A stretch of 61,468 nucleotides of DNA from an uncultured Anaerolineae bacterium (GTDB lineage: Bacteria > Chloroflexota > Anaerolineae > DAOTYC01): contig CAZPTF010000001.1 in the NCBI GenBank assembly GCA_964589015.1, positions 1 to 61,468 on the forward strand, in the 5' to 3' direction. Below are positions 1-9,065 of this stretch, in pieces. Each line of letters starts with the position of its first letter. Within the stretch, counting starts at the first letter, position 1. A program made the position numbers and the translations under genes. The notes beneath the pieces are model-generated. The model saw only the letters and a list, made by a program, of their open reading frames with translations, did no database searches and was not told the origin of the DNA.

Positions 1-186
1 GAGACCGGGCTTCGGAAGGCCTGTCCTGTCCGCAAATGGGGCTTCATGAGCCCGAACCTCCCGGATTGACCCGCTTTTCGGTGCAAGGGTCGTTTGCCCC
101 AATGGCGGGCTCGGTTTTTTAACAAGGCTCCGTACGCGGGGTCCCGCGGCGAGGGCCGTATTCACACTCAAAACCCCACCCTCAAA

Positions 187-645
187 ATGACATCTACCAG
201 AATCGAACTCTCATTCAACAAGATCAACCGGCTTTCGGACCTGGCAGACCTGGCTGAGGTGCTTTTTCCATGCAATCGCAACCACCAGCACGCGTTCCTT
301 GTCGTCTGGCTGGCCATCAAATGGGCCGACCACGGCATAGTGCCTAACTTGGCCGAGGTCGCCCATGAACACGCCATCTCCCGCCGCACCCTGGAGCGCA
401 TCCGAGCGAAGATGAGAAGGATGGGCTTGATCGACCATGTCTCACGGTTCAACGCGAAGCACGGTTATCGGGAGGGATGGGTGCTATCGGGCCGATTTGA
501 GTCTGGACTCCGGATGCTGGCGCAGAAGGCTGAGTCCCTGCGATACGATTCCGCCGCGGCCAAGGACAAGGAGAGCCTCTTGATCCAGCTCGCGGAGGCG
601 CGCAAATCCGTGCTCACACAACCGCGGACAGAGCAACAGCCATAA
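187..645 (+). CDS. small HTH / winged-helix-like DNA-binding protein (hypothetical regulator)
   Basis: The ORF is 94..645 with a non-ATG start; the first ATG is at 187. It has an HTH-like stretch 'HAISRRTLERIRAKMRRMGLIDHV'. No family assignment is possible by eye. Confidence 0.55.
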   Translation: MTSTRIELSFNKINRLSDLADLAEVLFPCNRNHQHAFLVVWLAIKWADHGIVPNLAEVAHEHAISRRTLERIRAKMRRMGLIDHVSRFNAKHGYREGWVLSGRFESGLRMLAQKAESLRYDSAAAKDKESLLIQLAEARKSVLTQPRTEQQP

Positions 646-763
646 GGTGTCCAACCTGTACTTCATCGAGAGTTCACTTCGTATCTCCGCCTCTGACTAG
701 GTGCTGTTATCACGACAAGGTCTTCTGCAGGAAGGCACGCAGAAGTGTCCTGCGGGACTTTCC

Positions 764-3544
764 TCAGTTCGCCAGGGCTGCGATCTCTGTCTCATATAGC
801 GGGCGATCGTAGATCCGCAATTCATCGAGCCACCCAGCATAGCCTGCATTCGGATTGTAGATCGGCTCGCCAGCCGACCCACCGATTCTTGTTTGCACGG
901 GAGTCGTTTCAGGCCTTACTCGAAACGGGGCCGACGCGACTGGCCGTCCGTCGAGATACGCTTTTACGACCATTCCATCTTTCCGACGAATGAAAGCGAC
1001 ATGATGCCATGTTCCGTCCACGACCAAGTGGCCAGGGATGGCTGCTTGCACGTTGCCCTCACCGCTCTGATACAGTAGTAAGACCGCGGGCGATTGCCCA
1101 ACAGACACGATGAGCGATTCAGAGTCGTTTCCTGGAGTACGCGCATTGTTGGGGGCCCAGGAGTGAATGATGTAGTTCCCGGTATCCGTCGACTTCATCC
1201 AGAATGCGATGGTGTAGTCTTTGGCGCCCAGCACAAGAGGACGCGTGAGCGTTACTGAGTCACGAGCACCGTCGAACTTCGCGGCCCACCCGACACGTCC
1301 ACTGCCAAATCTCAGACCATTGCTGGCGATCCCGTGATTCTGGGTCGCACTCGAGTCACGTACATCACCTTCGAAGCGGTAATGGACGATCATTCCCTCG
1401 TCCAGGCGGGCGGGCAGACCGGCAGTTCTGCCGTCCGACGGAGCTCTGAGGTAAGTCCGTAACTCGTCTACCCAGCAGGTTGCAAGGACAGCGGCACATA
1501 GCACCGTTGCCATCACTACGACGAGTCGCTTTCGACGTCTTCGTATCCCGCGGCCAATGGCTACGACGTCGTCGTATATTGGCGATGCTGGGTATCGCTC
1601 CAAAAACACCCGAACAGCCCGCAGGTTCGGTGACGCCTGAAGCTGTTCCCAGGCCTGTTGCTCTCCCGGGTAGCGCAGATCGTAGATCCGGCGGTTTGCT
1701 TCGTCCTTATATTTGAGCAACGGGCCTTCGCGGATGTAGCGCTCATACTGCTCAATCGTGTGCAACTTAGTGGCCGTGGCCCAGGCCCTCTCCTCGCGAA
1801 GCTCGCGGAGGCGCCGCTCGGCAGCCTTCGTTTCCAGCCGCAGCGGAGATTCTCGCAGGTACCCCTCGTAGGCCTCGATCGTGTCTGCCTCCCGGGCCTC
1901 CTGCCAGAGCCTCGCCTCCCGCTTCTCCGTGGCGATGCGGGCGTCGATCAGCTCCATCAGCTTCTGACTCGCCACCTCCCGGTACGTCCCCAGGCCCTCC
2001 GCCTTCAGGTACCGATCGTACGATGCCTCCGTGTTCTCGCGGCACGCCTCCTCCCACAACAACCGGTCTGCCGCCAACCGCCGCGCCCGGTCCGACAGTC
2101 GCAGCAGCACGCTCGCCTGAACTCCCGCCACACGATCCGCATGTCCGGCCGTCCATTCCTCGTGCAGGTGCCGAATCTCCTGCGGCGTGGCCGGCTCCGC
2201 CTTCCGACCGCAATACCAGTCCACCAGGTGCCGCAGCACCCGCTGGTCATCTCCCTGCCACACCGGACCCGACTCACGCAGCTCAGCGGTTCCCATCTGG
2301 TCCGGATGCCGCACCGCCTGCCCCAACTCCTGGGCGGAACTCCACCGCTCATCCGAATCCTGGGCCATCGCCCGAGCGATGACAAGATCCAGAGCCCTGG
2401 AGACATCCGAACGGATCTCGCTCAACGACCGGTAGGTCCCCCGCGGCTGACGACCCGCCAGCATCTCGTAGAACATCACCCCCAGCGAATACAGGTCCGC
2501 TCGGCGGTCCACCTCCTCCCCGGTCTCCTGCTCCGGTGCCATGTAGAATGGGGTCCCCAGCGTCCCAGACGTCACGTACACCCGATCCGTTCCCAACGCC
2601 CGGGCGATCCCGAAGTCCGTCAGCTTGATAAGGCCCAGATCCCCGCTCACCAGCACGTTCTCCGGCTTCACGTCCCGGTGGATGGTCATCTCATGGGCAT
2701 ACGCCAAGGCACTACACAGGGCTTGGGCAATCTGCTGGAACTCCTCCAGCGTCACCGGCCGCTGGGCCCGACGACGCCCGTTCAGCCAGTCCCGGAGCGT
2801 CTGGCCCGCCACGTACTCCATGGTGAAGAAGTGCAGCTGGCGAGCGCGGTCTTCCTCGTACTCGTACACCCGCACAATGTGGGGGTGCGCCAGCATCTGG
2901 CTGGTGATCACCTCGTCCCGGAACCGGGCCAGGACTTCCGGCCGGTGCGCCAGGTGCGAGGCGATCACCTTCATGGCCCGGTCCGCCCCCAGCTTGGTGT
3001 CACGCACTTTGTAGACTTGGCCCATCCCGCCCTGACCCAGCACGGCCAGCACCTCGAACCGATCGGCAATCAGCGACCCCACCTCCAGCGGTCCGCCGAC
3101 ACTCGGACCCTGCTCGCCCACTGGCACACCGTCCCGGATCGTCACCCCGAACCCCGGCGTCGACGGCGGGGCCAGCATACGCGCGTCGCTCAAGGTCGGC
3201 ACGTCCTGGACTTCGGGTACACGCGGCACTTTGACGCCCCCATTGCTCGACCCCAAACCGCTACCCAGGTGTCTGTTCTGCCCATCTGATTCATCTTCGA
3301 GTTGACGGGCGGTTGCCCCACGACGCGAACTCAGTCGTTCCTTACTGTCGCCCAGGATTTCTCGTTCGATGGCGGCCGCTTCCTCCGCAGCGAGAAGCAG
3401 CGACTCCTGCGCGGCCGCAAGGTGGCTCAAATCCTCATCAGAAATCGCTCCGTTACTCTGAATCTGCATGACGAATTCACGATACTTCGCGTGAGAATCG
3501 CTCTTCATCACTTCTGTGTCCTTCATCAGCCTCGATCTATCCAA
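764..3544 (-). CDS. Ser/Thr protein kinase with helical repeats, one TM helix and a C-terminal LamG/concanavalin-like domain
   Basis: Hanks kinase motifs are 'GQGGMGQVYKV', 'IHRDVKPENVLV', 'DFGIAR' and 'YMAPE'. Four ~35-aa 'W..A....T.E.Y.RYL' repeats occupy aa 497-662. A TM helix is 'LVVVMATVLCAAVLATCWV'. The C-terminus ends 'GWLDELRIYDRPLYETEI', typical of LamG_3. The ORF opens with TTG at 3544; the first ATG is at 3526. Confidence 0.9.
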   Translation of the reverse strand: MDRSRLMKDTEVMKSDSHAKYREFVMQIQSNGAISDEDLSHLAAAQESLLLAAEEAAAIEREILGDSKERLSSRRGATARQLEDESDGQNRHLGSGLGSSNGGVKVPRVPEVQDVPTLSDARMLAPPSTPGFGVTIRDGVPVGEQGPSVGGPLEVGSLIADRFEVLAVLGQGGMGQVYKVRDTKLGADRAMKVIASHLAHRPEVLARFRDEVITSQMLAHPHIVRVYEYEEDRARQLHFFTMEYVAGQTLRDWLNGRRRAQRPVTLEEFQQIAQALCSALAYAHEMTIHRDVKPENVLVSGDLGLIKLTDFGIARALGTDRVYVTSGTLGTPFYMAPEQETGEEVDRRADLYSLGVMFYEMLAGRQPRGTYRSLSEIRSDVSRALDLVIARAMAQDSDERWSSAQELGQAVRHPDQMGTAELRESGPVWQGDDQRVLRHLVDWYCGRKAEPATPQEIRHLHEEWTAGHADRVAGVQASVLLRLSDRARRLAADRLLWEEACRENTEASYDRYLKAEGLGTYREVASQKLMELIDARIATEKREARLWQEAREADTIEAYEGYLRESPLRLETKAAERRLRELREERAWATATKLHTIEQYERYIREGPLLKYKDEANRRIYDLRYPGEQQAWEQLQASPNLRAVRVFLERYPASPIYDDVVAIGRGIRRRRKRLVVVMATVLCAAVLATCWVDELRTYLRAPSDGRTAGLPARLDEGMIVHYRFEGDVRDSSATQNHGIASNGLRFGSGRVGWAAKFDGARDSVTLTRPLVLGAKDYTIAFWMKSTDTGNYIIHSWAPNNARTPGNDSESLIVSVGQSPAVLLLYQSGEGNVQAAIPGHLVVDGTWHHVAFIRRKDGMVVKAYLDGRPVASAPFRVRPETTPVQTRIGGSAGEPIYNPNAGYAGWLDELRIYDRPLYETEIAALAN

Positions 3545-3711
3545 CTGGCCGGAGTCAAGCCAGTCCTAAAGCGGCAGCTCCGCCTGACAGGAGCGATGAA
3601 TGACAGAATCTCACATCGCCACCAGGCAGAGCGAAGTGGAAGACGACGCTCAACTATTGCCTGCACTCACCATTACCAGGATTCGAGCATGCATCTCAGG
3701 AGCTCTACTCG

Positions 3712-6700
3712 TTATTGCATTTCCGAAATCAATCCGGCACAAACCACGCCAGCCAACACCAATGCAGCAAGGTTGAACAAGACCGGCCCAGCAGCGCTTC
3801 GCACCCGTTTCTGCCTTCGGACTGAAATGATGAGCGCGCCGGCGAATAATGAGGCCGCCAACGCTGGTATCCAGGAGTTTCCCGGCGACAGGTAGGACAC
3901 GCCAGAGCCCTTCCAGTCAAACTGGTAGACTCCAGCGCTGATCATGGCCAGGATCAGCCACGCACCCGGTAACGCGAACATCGCGCGTCCTCTCGATGTG
4001 TTCACTCCACCTGTCACCAGAAACGATGCGAGTCCAATGGCCGATACAATCAATAGAAGAACAATCGCGCCGCGGTAGCTGGCCCAGTCGGATGGAAGCT
4101 TAAGCTCCACCGCCAATTCGCGGGCAGCGTACACGGCAGCGCCCGCGACCGCACCGAACCACACAATGCTGAAGGCTGCCCCTGCGATTTCTCGCCCCCA
4201 GCCTCGCGGCTTGCTTATGCCGCCAGTGGCTCGCAAGAGGAGTCGTGATACGGCAACACCAACACCAAGCGCTACACCACCGAGGATCCAGCTGCTGGGA
4301 TCCTCCAACCGTGGCATCACGAAGAATACGAAGCAGGCGAAAACGACGACTCCCTTGGATATCAATCGCTGATACGGTTGGTCCCCGTGTGTGGCGATGC
4401 TGACTTGTCCATGGATTGGCAGGAGAAACACGAATCCCGCGAAGATGCCGGCAAGGAACGTGGCTACAGAAAGCACTGTAACCCTCGCCACCAGCAGTGC
4501 CGTTCTGAGATCCTCCTGTCCGACATGTTGAATCCCTTCTGGACTATGCGCGCTATCTAGTAGAAGGCCATGAGCGGCAGGATCGAATCGATCGAACATC
4601 TGACGAACCACTGGAACGGCAATGCGGCTGCCCTCAGTCGCAAGTGTCTCTGCGAGGTAGCCAGCCAATGGCAACAGGAATACCCATGCGATGACAATTG
4701 GCCACACGCGTAAGTACTCACGCCACTGTTTTGCGTGAACAATCAACGTTCCAACGGCCGCAAGCCCTCCGCCCAACATCAGCATCTTGGGGATCACACG
4801 CCAATCCCACCAGGTGAATCCGGTTTCCCGACGCATCATCACCAAGGCGGCGGCTCCAAACGCCAATGCATGACAGCCAATGATCCACGCACGCCGCCCT
4901 GGAAGCACGGGTGCAGCCGCCCGCGCATGCAGAACTCCCAATGCGAAACCCAGTACAGCCCACGTTAACGTAACCACATACGTCGTCGAGAGGAGCGGCG
5001 ATATACCTGCCGTCACGAAGAAGACAACCGAAAACCAGGCAGCTGCCCAATACGCCCGCTTCGGCCAGCGTTGACGCGTCTCTTCGGCGAGCGATCGATA
5101 GTACTCCTCCCTCCTTTCACGACATTTCTCTGGCTCGCGCTGCAGCGCCGACGACACTTGGCCCGCAACTTCCCAGGCTGCCATTGCGTCGGCCCACTTG
5201 TGGGCCTGCTCGGAGGTTTCTGCAATCCGCTTCTGTTCCTCTACCAGGTTAAGCGCCGCGCTCTCGAATTCCGCATTGGCCGGCAACAGTTCGCGCAACT
5301 CCGCGAGTTCTGCAGGGCTCCACTCTCCACGATCCCATTTGCAGAGGAGGGCGGGCAACCTTTCAATCGCGTGTCCGACTGCTTCCGTCGCGGCAGCAAG
5401 GTCGGCAGGGGCCTCGTGCCCGGTCCAGGTCGCCGCCTCGTCCAGCAGTCGCTTCGCGTCTTGGTATTCCGCCAACCGCCCATATTTCCTGCATCGAAGA
5501 GATTCCACAATCTCTTCCACCGCACTACAGAATCGCCTCCGTACCGTGACACCATCCGTAAGCTCTCCTCGCGTCCACTCCTCGTGCGTGAAGACAGATG
5601 ATGCGATGACGCTGAGGCGTGACCAGGAAGCCAAGTCTCGGCTCTCTCGAGCCTGCTCCAAGTCTCGTCTGAGTTCTTGGCGGAACTGGCTCTCCAGCTC
5701 TTGAAACGTGGTGGGAATCTCCTTGTCTTCTGCCGCGATACCAGCCTCTTCCGTCGCGCCTCTTTGAGGAAGCATCCAACGAAGCTTTTCGAGCAGACTT
5801 GTGTCCCATGCCCGTGCCAGGATTGAACTTCGGATGTCCGAAACCAGCCTGCTTCTTTCGGCGATACGAGCGTCAAGTCGGCAAACGAGCTCTGCGGCCT
5901 TTGTGATTTGCGACTCGTGAGCTCCCGAGTCCTCGCCTAGATCGCCCAACATGTGTTTGGCAGTTGCGAACGCCTTCTGTGACGCGGCACTCTCGGCGTT
6001 GCGCAAACACTCTTGTGCGGACCGGTACGCGCCGAGGTTCACACCGCAATGACCGCAGTGAGAAACGCCTCGACGCGTTTCCTCTCCACAATGAGGGCAC
6101 GGGTGGAGACTCCCCTCCCCGCACTTCTCACAATGCCTCTTGTCATCGCGATTGAACTGGCCACAGTCGAGGCAACGCCAATACCCTGCAGGTGTTTCCA
6201 TCTCAGCATCGTACACGGGTCCGGACACGTGAGACGTCTGGAGGGCCAGACGCAAATCGGCCGCATGCTGATAGCGTTGCTCGGGGTCCTTCTTGAGCGC
6301 CTTGATCAAGACGGGTCTCAGGCCAGGGGGCACTTCGCTCTCACGAAAGAACTCAGCGCTCTCGCCACTGAGACAGAACCAAATCGTAGCCGCCAGTCCA
6401 TAGATGTCGGCGCGGTGGTCGACCGTCGACGCATCTCGTTCCTGTTCCGGCGCCCCAAAACCAAACGAGCGCATCTGCGCCCCTGGGAGCGTGAGGAGCT
6501 TGTTGCTCTCATTTGTCTCGCGGGCCAGGCCAAAGTCGACGAGTCGAGGTTCCAGATCCTCATCCAGCAGAACATTGGCAGGCTTGACATCACGGTGGAT
6601 TATGCCGCGATCGTGAGCGTATTTCAGGGCACCGGACAACTTGATGCCGAACTCGATGACTCGTTCCGGCGCCATTGGGCCGTTGAACCGAACATAGTGG

Positions 6701-7191
6701 AACAAATCCAGCGGCGGATTCGGAAACCGTTCCGTCCACCCTTCCGGATTGGCCGCCTCAGACTGCGGGGGGCCGGGCACGTACTCCATCACAATAAAGG
6801 GGCCCGCGTCGTCCTCACCTCGCTCAAACACATGAACAATATGGTGATGCGAAAGCCTCGCGATCGTCTCGGCCTCGACATTGAACCTTTCCCGTGCCTG
6901 TCTGTCTGCAAGGAGTTCCCGCGATAATCGTTTCAGCGCTACCCAGCGTCCGCGCAGATTCATATCCCGGGCAAGATAGACCTGGCCCATCCCCCCTCCA
7001 CCGATGCGGCAGCAAATCTCATACCGGTCAGCCCCAGCCGGTCTCGCTGGACCTCCGTCCGGAATCGTCACCGCGAAGTCACCTGGGGAACCACCGATCA
7101 GCGGACGAGCCGCCACGTCTGCGATCGTGGGGACCGGTTCATCCGTGCTGGCCGTTCGCCGTCCTCCCAAGGGCGGTTTGTCCTCTGTCAC
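3712..7191 (-). CDS. Ser/Thr protein kinase fused to a double zinc ribbon and a large polytopic (~14 TM) C-terminal membrane domain
   Basis: Kinase motifs are 'IGGGGMGQVYLA', 'IIHRDVKPANVLL' and 'DFGLAR'. The zinc ribbons are 'CLDCGQF..CEKCG..CPHCGEE..CGHCG'. The C-terminal ~500 aa is a run of hydrophobic helices. The GTG start overlaps the upstream stop (GTGA at 7188-7191). Confidence 0.9.
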   Translation of the reverse strand: MTEDKPPLGGRRTASTDEPVPTIADVAARPLIGGSPGDFAVTIPDGGPARPAGADRYEICCRIGGGGMGQVYLARDMNLRGRWVALKRLSRELLADRQARERFNVEAETIARLSHHHIVHVFERGEDDAGPFIVMEYVPGPPQSEAANPEGWTERFPNPPLDLFHYVRFNGPMAPERVIEFGIKLSGALKYAHDRGIIHRDVKPANVLLDEDLEPRLVDFGLARETNESNKLLTLPGAQMRSFGFGAPEQERDASTVDHRADIYGLAATIWFCLSGESAEFFRESEVPPGLRPVLIKALKKDPEQRYQHAADLRLALQTSHVSGPVYDAEMETPAGYWRCLDCGQFNRDDKRHCEKCGEGSLHPCPHCGEETRRGVSHCGHCGVNLGAYRSAQECLRNAESAASQKAFATAKHMLGDLGEDSGAHESQITKAAELVCRLDARIAERSRLVSDIRSSILARAWDTSLLEKLRWMLPQRGATEEAGIAAEDKEIPTTFQELESQFRQELRRDLEQARESRDLASWSRLSVIASSVFTHEEWTRGELTDGVTVRRRFCSAVEEIVESLRCRKYGRLAEYQDAKRLLDEAATWTGHEAPADLAAATEAVGHAIERLPALLCKWDRGEWSPAELAELRELLPANAEFESAALNLVEEQKRIAETSEQAHKWADAMAAWEVAGQVSSALQREPEKCRERREEYYRSLAEETRQRWPKRAYWAAAWFSVVFFVTAGISPLLSTTYVVTLTWAVLGFALGVLHARAAAPVLPGRRAWIIGCHALAFGAAALVMMRRETGFTWWDWRVIPKMLMLGGGLAAVGTLIVHAKQWREYLRVWPIVIAWVFLLPLAGYLAETLATEGSRIAVPVVRQMFDRFDPAAHGLLLDSAHSPEGIQHVGQEDLRTALLVARVTVLSVATFLAGIFAGFVFLLPIHGQVSIATHGDQPYQRLISKGVVVFACFVFFVMPRLEDPSSWILGGVALGVGVAVSRLLLRATGGISKPRGWGREIAGAAFSIVWFGAVAGAAVYAARELAVELKLPSDWASYRGAIVLLLIVSAIGLASFLVTGGVNTSRGRAMFALPGAWLILAMISAGVYQFDWKGSGVSYLSPGNSWIPALAASLFAGALIISVRRQKRVRSAAGPVLFNLAALVLAGVVCAGLISEMQ

Positions 7192-9065
7192 GACTTGTCC
7201 TCGCTTTCCTCGCCCGCCTGGTTGGGTTCTCTCTCGCGACTGTCCACGTCCTTCGGCGGCGGAGGTGGGGAGAGCTGTAGGAGGTGCCCGCCACCAGCCA
7301 CGATCTGAGGCCTTGTGGCCTCGGCTCGCTTGGCCATGACATTTCCGAACTGCTTGACAGCCTCATCCATTAACCGCCCGATTTGACGACGATCCTGCCC
7401 CAAGACCTGCACTAGACGCTCCTCGAACTGTGCACGCATGGTGAGCATTTCTTGGAGGCCTGCGGCACGCTTCATCTCCACCAACACGGGACCCAACTGT
7501 GGATTCGACTGGAGCATGATCGCAAGCACTGAATCGCCTGTCAGCCCCAGCTCAGCGACCGTCCGTGCCCACTCCACCTGACGCCGCAGTGCAGCGTCCT
7601 GTTGTTGGTTCTGCAGTTCAAGCAGGCCCCGGATTTTGTCCTGCTGCAACTGCTGACGTCTTCTTGTCTTCTCCTCCTCGATATGGATATTCAGCTGCTC
7701 GTCCGCCTCCAGTTGGGTGCGTTCGTGATCGCGAAGCTCAGCATCACGTTCGGTGCTGCGTCGTTGCGCTTCCAGACCGGCCATGTCTCGCGCTTCGTCT
7801 GTCTTCGCTGTTTCGGAAATCTCATGCTGCTTCAGATCCTCCTCCGTAGAAGCAGCATCACGTAGGTCACCGGCAGCGATCCCCCGACGCTTCTTGGCAA
7901 TACCAACCTGCTCCTGCAGATCGTCCACGGCCACTCGATCGGCCACCGTTTGGCCTCGGCGAAAGCGAAGTCGCTCATACTCAGGACAGTTGAACTGGAA
8001 TGCGACCACCTGATCGATGGAGATGCCGTACAAATCCAGCGAGTGGGCCATCGCCCTTGCGATGTCTTCCTTGACGCGGTCTCTGACTTCAGTTGTGTCA
8101 TAGAGCGCCTGTGCTGTTTCGTTCCGGATCGCCGCGCGAACTGCCATCTCGAACTCATTCCGCAGACGACCGAAGAGATCGGCGATCTTGAAGTCGAAAG
8201 CCAATCCGCCGGCGCGCTCCACTTCGCGGCGGAGGCCTTTATTGGCAAAAAAGCGTCCGAGAAGCCAGCTCCGTTCGTGCTTCTGCAACGTCGACCACGC
8301 TTTCTGTTCATGATCGCGGAAACGCTCGTGCGACATGATGAGGTTCACCTCCAGCCGGACGGGGTCTTCACATTGAAGTCGCAGCTGCACTTCCACTCCA
8401 CCCAGAAGATCATCCGACGTTCGGAGATTCTGGGAAGAGAGCGCAGCTCGCATAGCAGTTCTCCAATGGGCAAGCGACACCGTGGCTTCTTCGCGATACT
8501 GCGTATCTTCGGCAAGTTGCGTCAGTGCTTCCTCCAACTGCTTACTCATCTTGATAGTAGATGGGCTGCCTTCCTTTCCCTTCTCCACGAGCCTGTACTC
8601 GGCCAGAGTATCCGCGTCCGGAAGCACGAATGTCGCCAAGAAGGGCGCGGCAGGCACTTCGCAGATCGTCACCAGGCCGCCGCGCAGCGATCCGAGGAAT
8701 GCATTCAACACTCCGCCTTTGGTACCGCGACGAGTGAGACTGTACAGGCCCGGCTCGACGAACAACGGCTCCCTGCCGTCGGCGCACACAACTGCTCTGC
8801 GGCCAGATGGAACAACCAAGCGTCTCTCACCAGGAAGGAAGCCAGCGGGCAATGAAGGGTGAACGGACACGCGAGCGATTTCGATCTTCTGGTCCTGAGC
8901 CGCACTTGTCGCCCTCGCAATCGTGGCGAGGATTGTCTCTTTATCTTCACTCGCCGACTTTGGCTTAGCCAATTCGACTCCGCAATAAATGCAGACTTGA
9001 CCCTCCTTCGGAGTCTGCCTCTTGCAACGCGGGCACTCTTCCTTTTCCATCGGACACTTCCTCAT
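7188..9065 (-). CDS. zinc-ribbon protein with an SPFH/band-7 (flotillin/YdjI)-like domain and a long E/R/Q-rich coiled coil
   Basis: N-terminal zinc ribbon 'CPRCKRQ...CIYCG'. SPFH-like segments are 'VVPSGRRAVVCADGREPLFVEPGLY' and 'AMAHSLDLYGISIDQVVAFQF'. The ORF opens at 9128, but the ATG at 9065 forms an ATGA overlap with the upstream stop, so it is taken as the start. Confidence 0.8.
   Translation of the reverse strand: MRKCPMEKEECPRCKRQTPKEGQVCIYCGVELAKPKSASEDKETILATIARATSAAQDQKIEIARVSVHPSLPAGFLPGERRLVVPSGRRAVVCADGREPLFVEPGLYSLTRRGTKGGVLNAFLGSLRGGLVTICEVPAAPFLATFVLPDADTLAEYRLVEKGKEGSPSTIKMSKQLEEALTQLAEDTQYREEATVSLAHWRTAMRAALSSQNLRTSDDLLGGVEVQLRLQCEDPVRLEVNLIMSHERFRDHEQKAWSTLQKHERSWLLGRFFANKGLRREVERAGGLAFDFKIADLFGRLRNEFEMAVRAAIRNETAQALYDTTEVRDRVKEDIARAMAHSLDLYGISIDQVVAFQFNCPEYERLRFRRGQTVADRVAVDDLQEQVGIAKKRRGIAAGDLRDAASTEEDLKQHEISETAKTDEARDMAGLEAQRRSTERDAELRDHERTQLEADEQLNIHIEEEKTRRRQQLQQDKIRGLLELQNQQQDAALRRQVEWARTVAELGLTGDSVLAIMLQSNPQLGPVLVEMKRAAGLQEMLTMRAQFEERLVQVLGQDRRQIGRLMDEAVKQFGNVMAKRAEATRPQIVAGGGHLLQLSPPPPPKDVDSREREPNQAGEESEDKS

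Noticed and set aside
1658-3289. A 543-aa plus-strand ORF antisense to the kinase gene. Similar long antisense ORFs lie at 6013-6927, 7950-8855, 15412-16683, 16680-17822, 18184-18930, 19875-21596, 21809-23083, 43729-44502, 47498-48310, 50581-51354 and 54709-55677.
   Set aside because: All are extremely Arg/Pro/Gly/His-rich, lack motifs and SD sites, and lie opposite genes with clear domain signatures. They are typical shadow ORFs of high-GC DNA.
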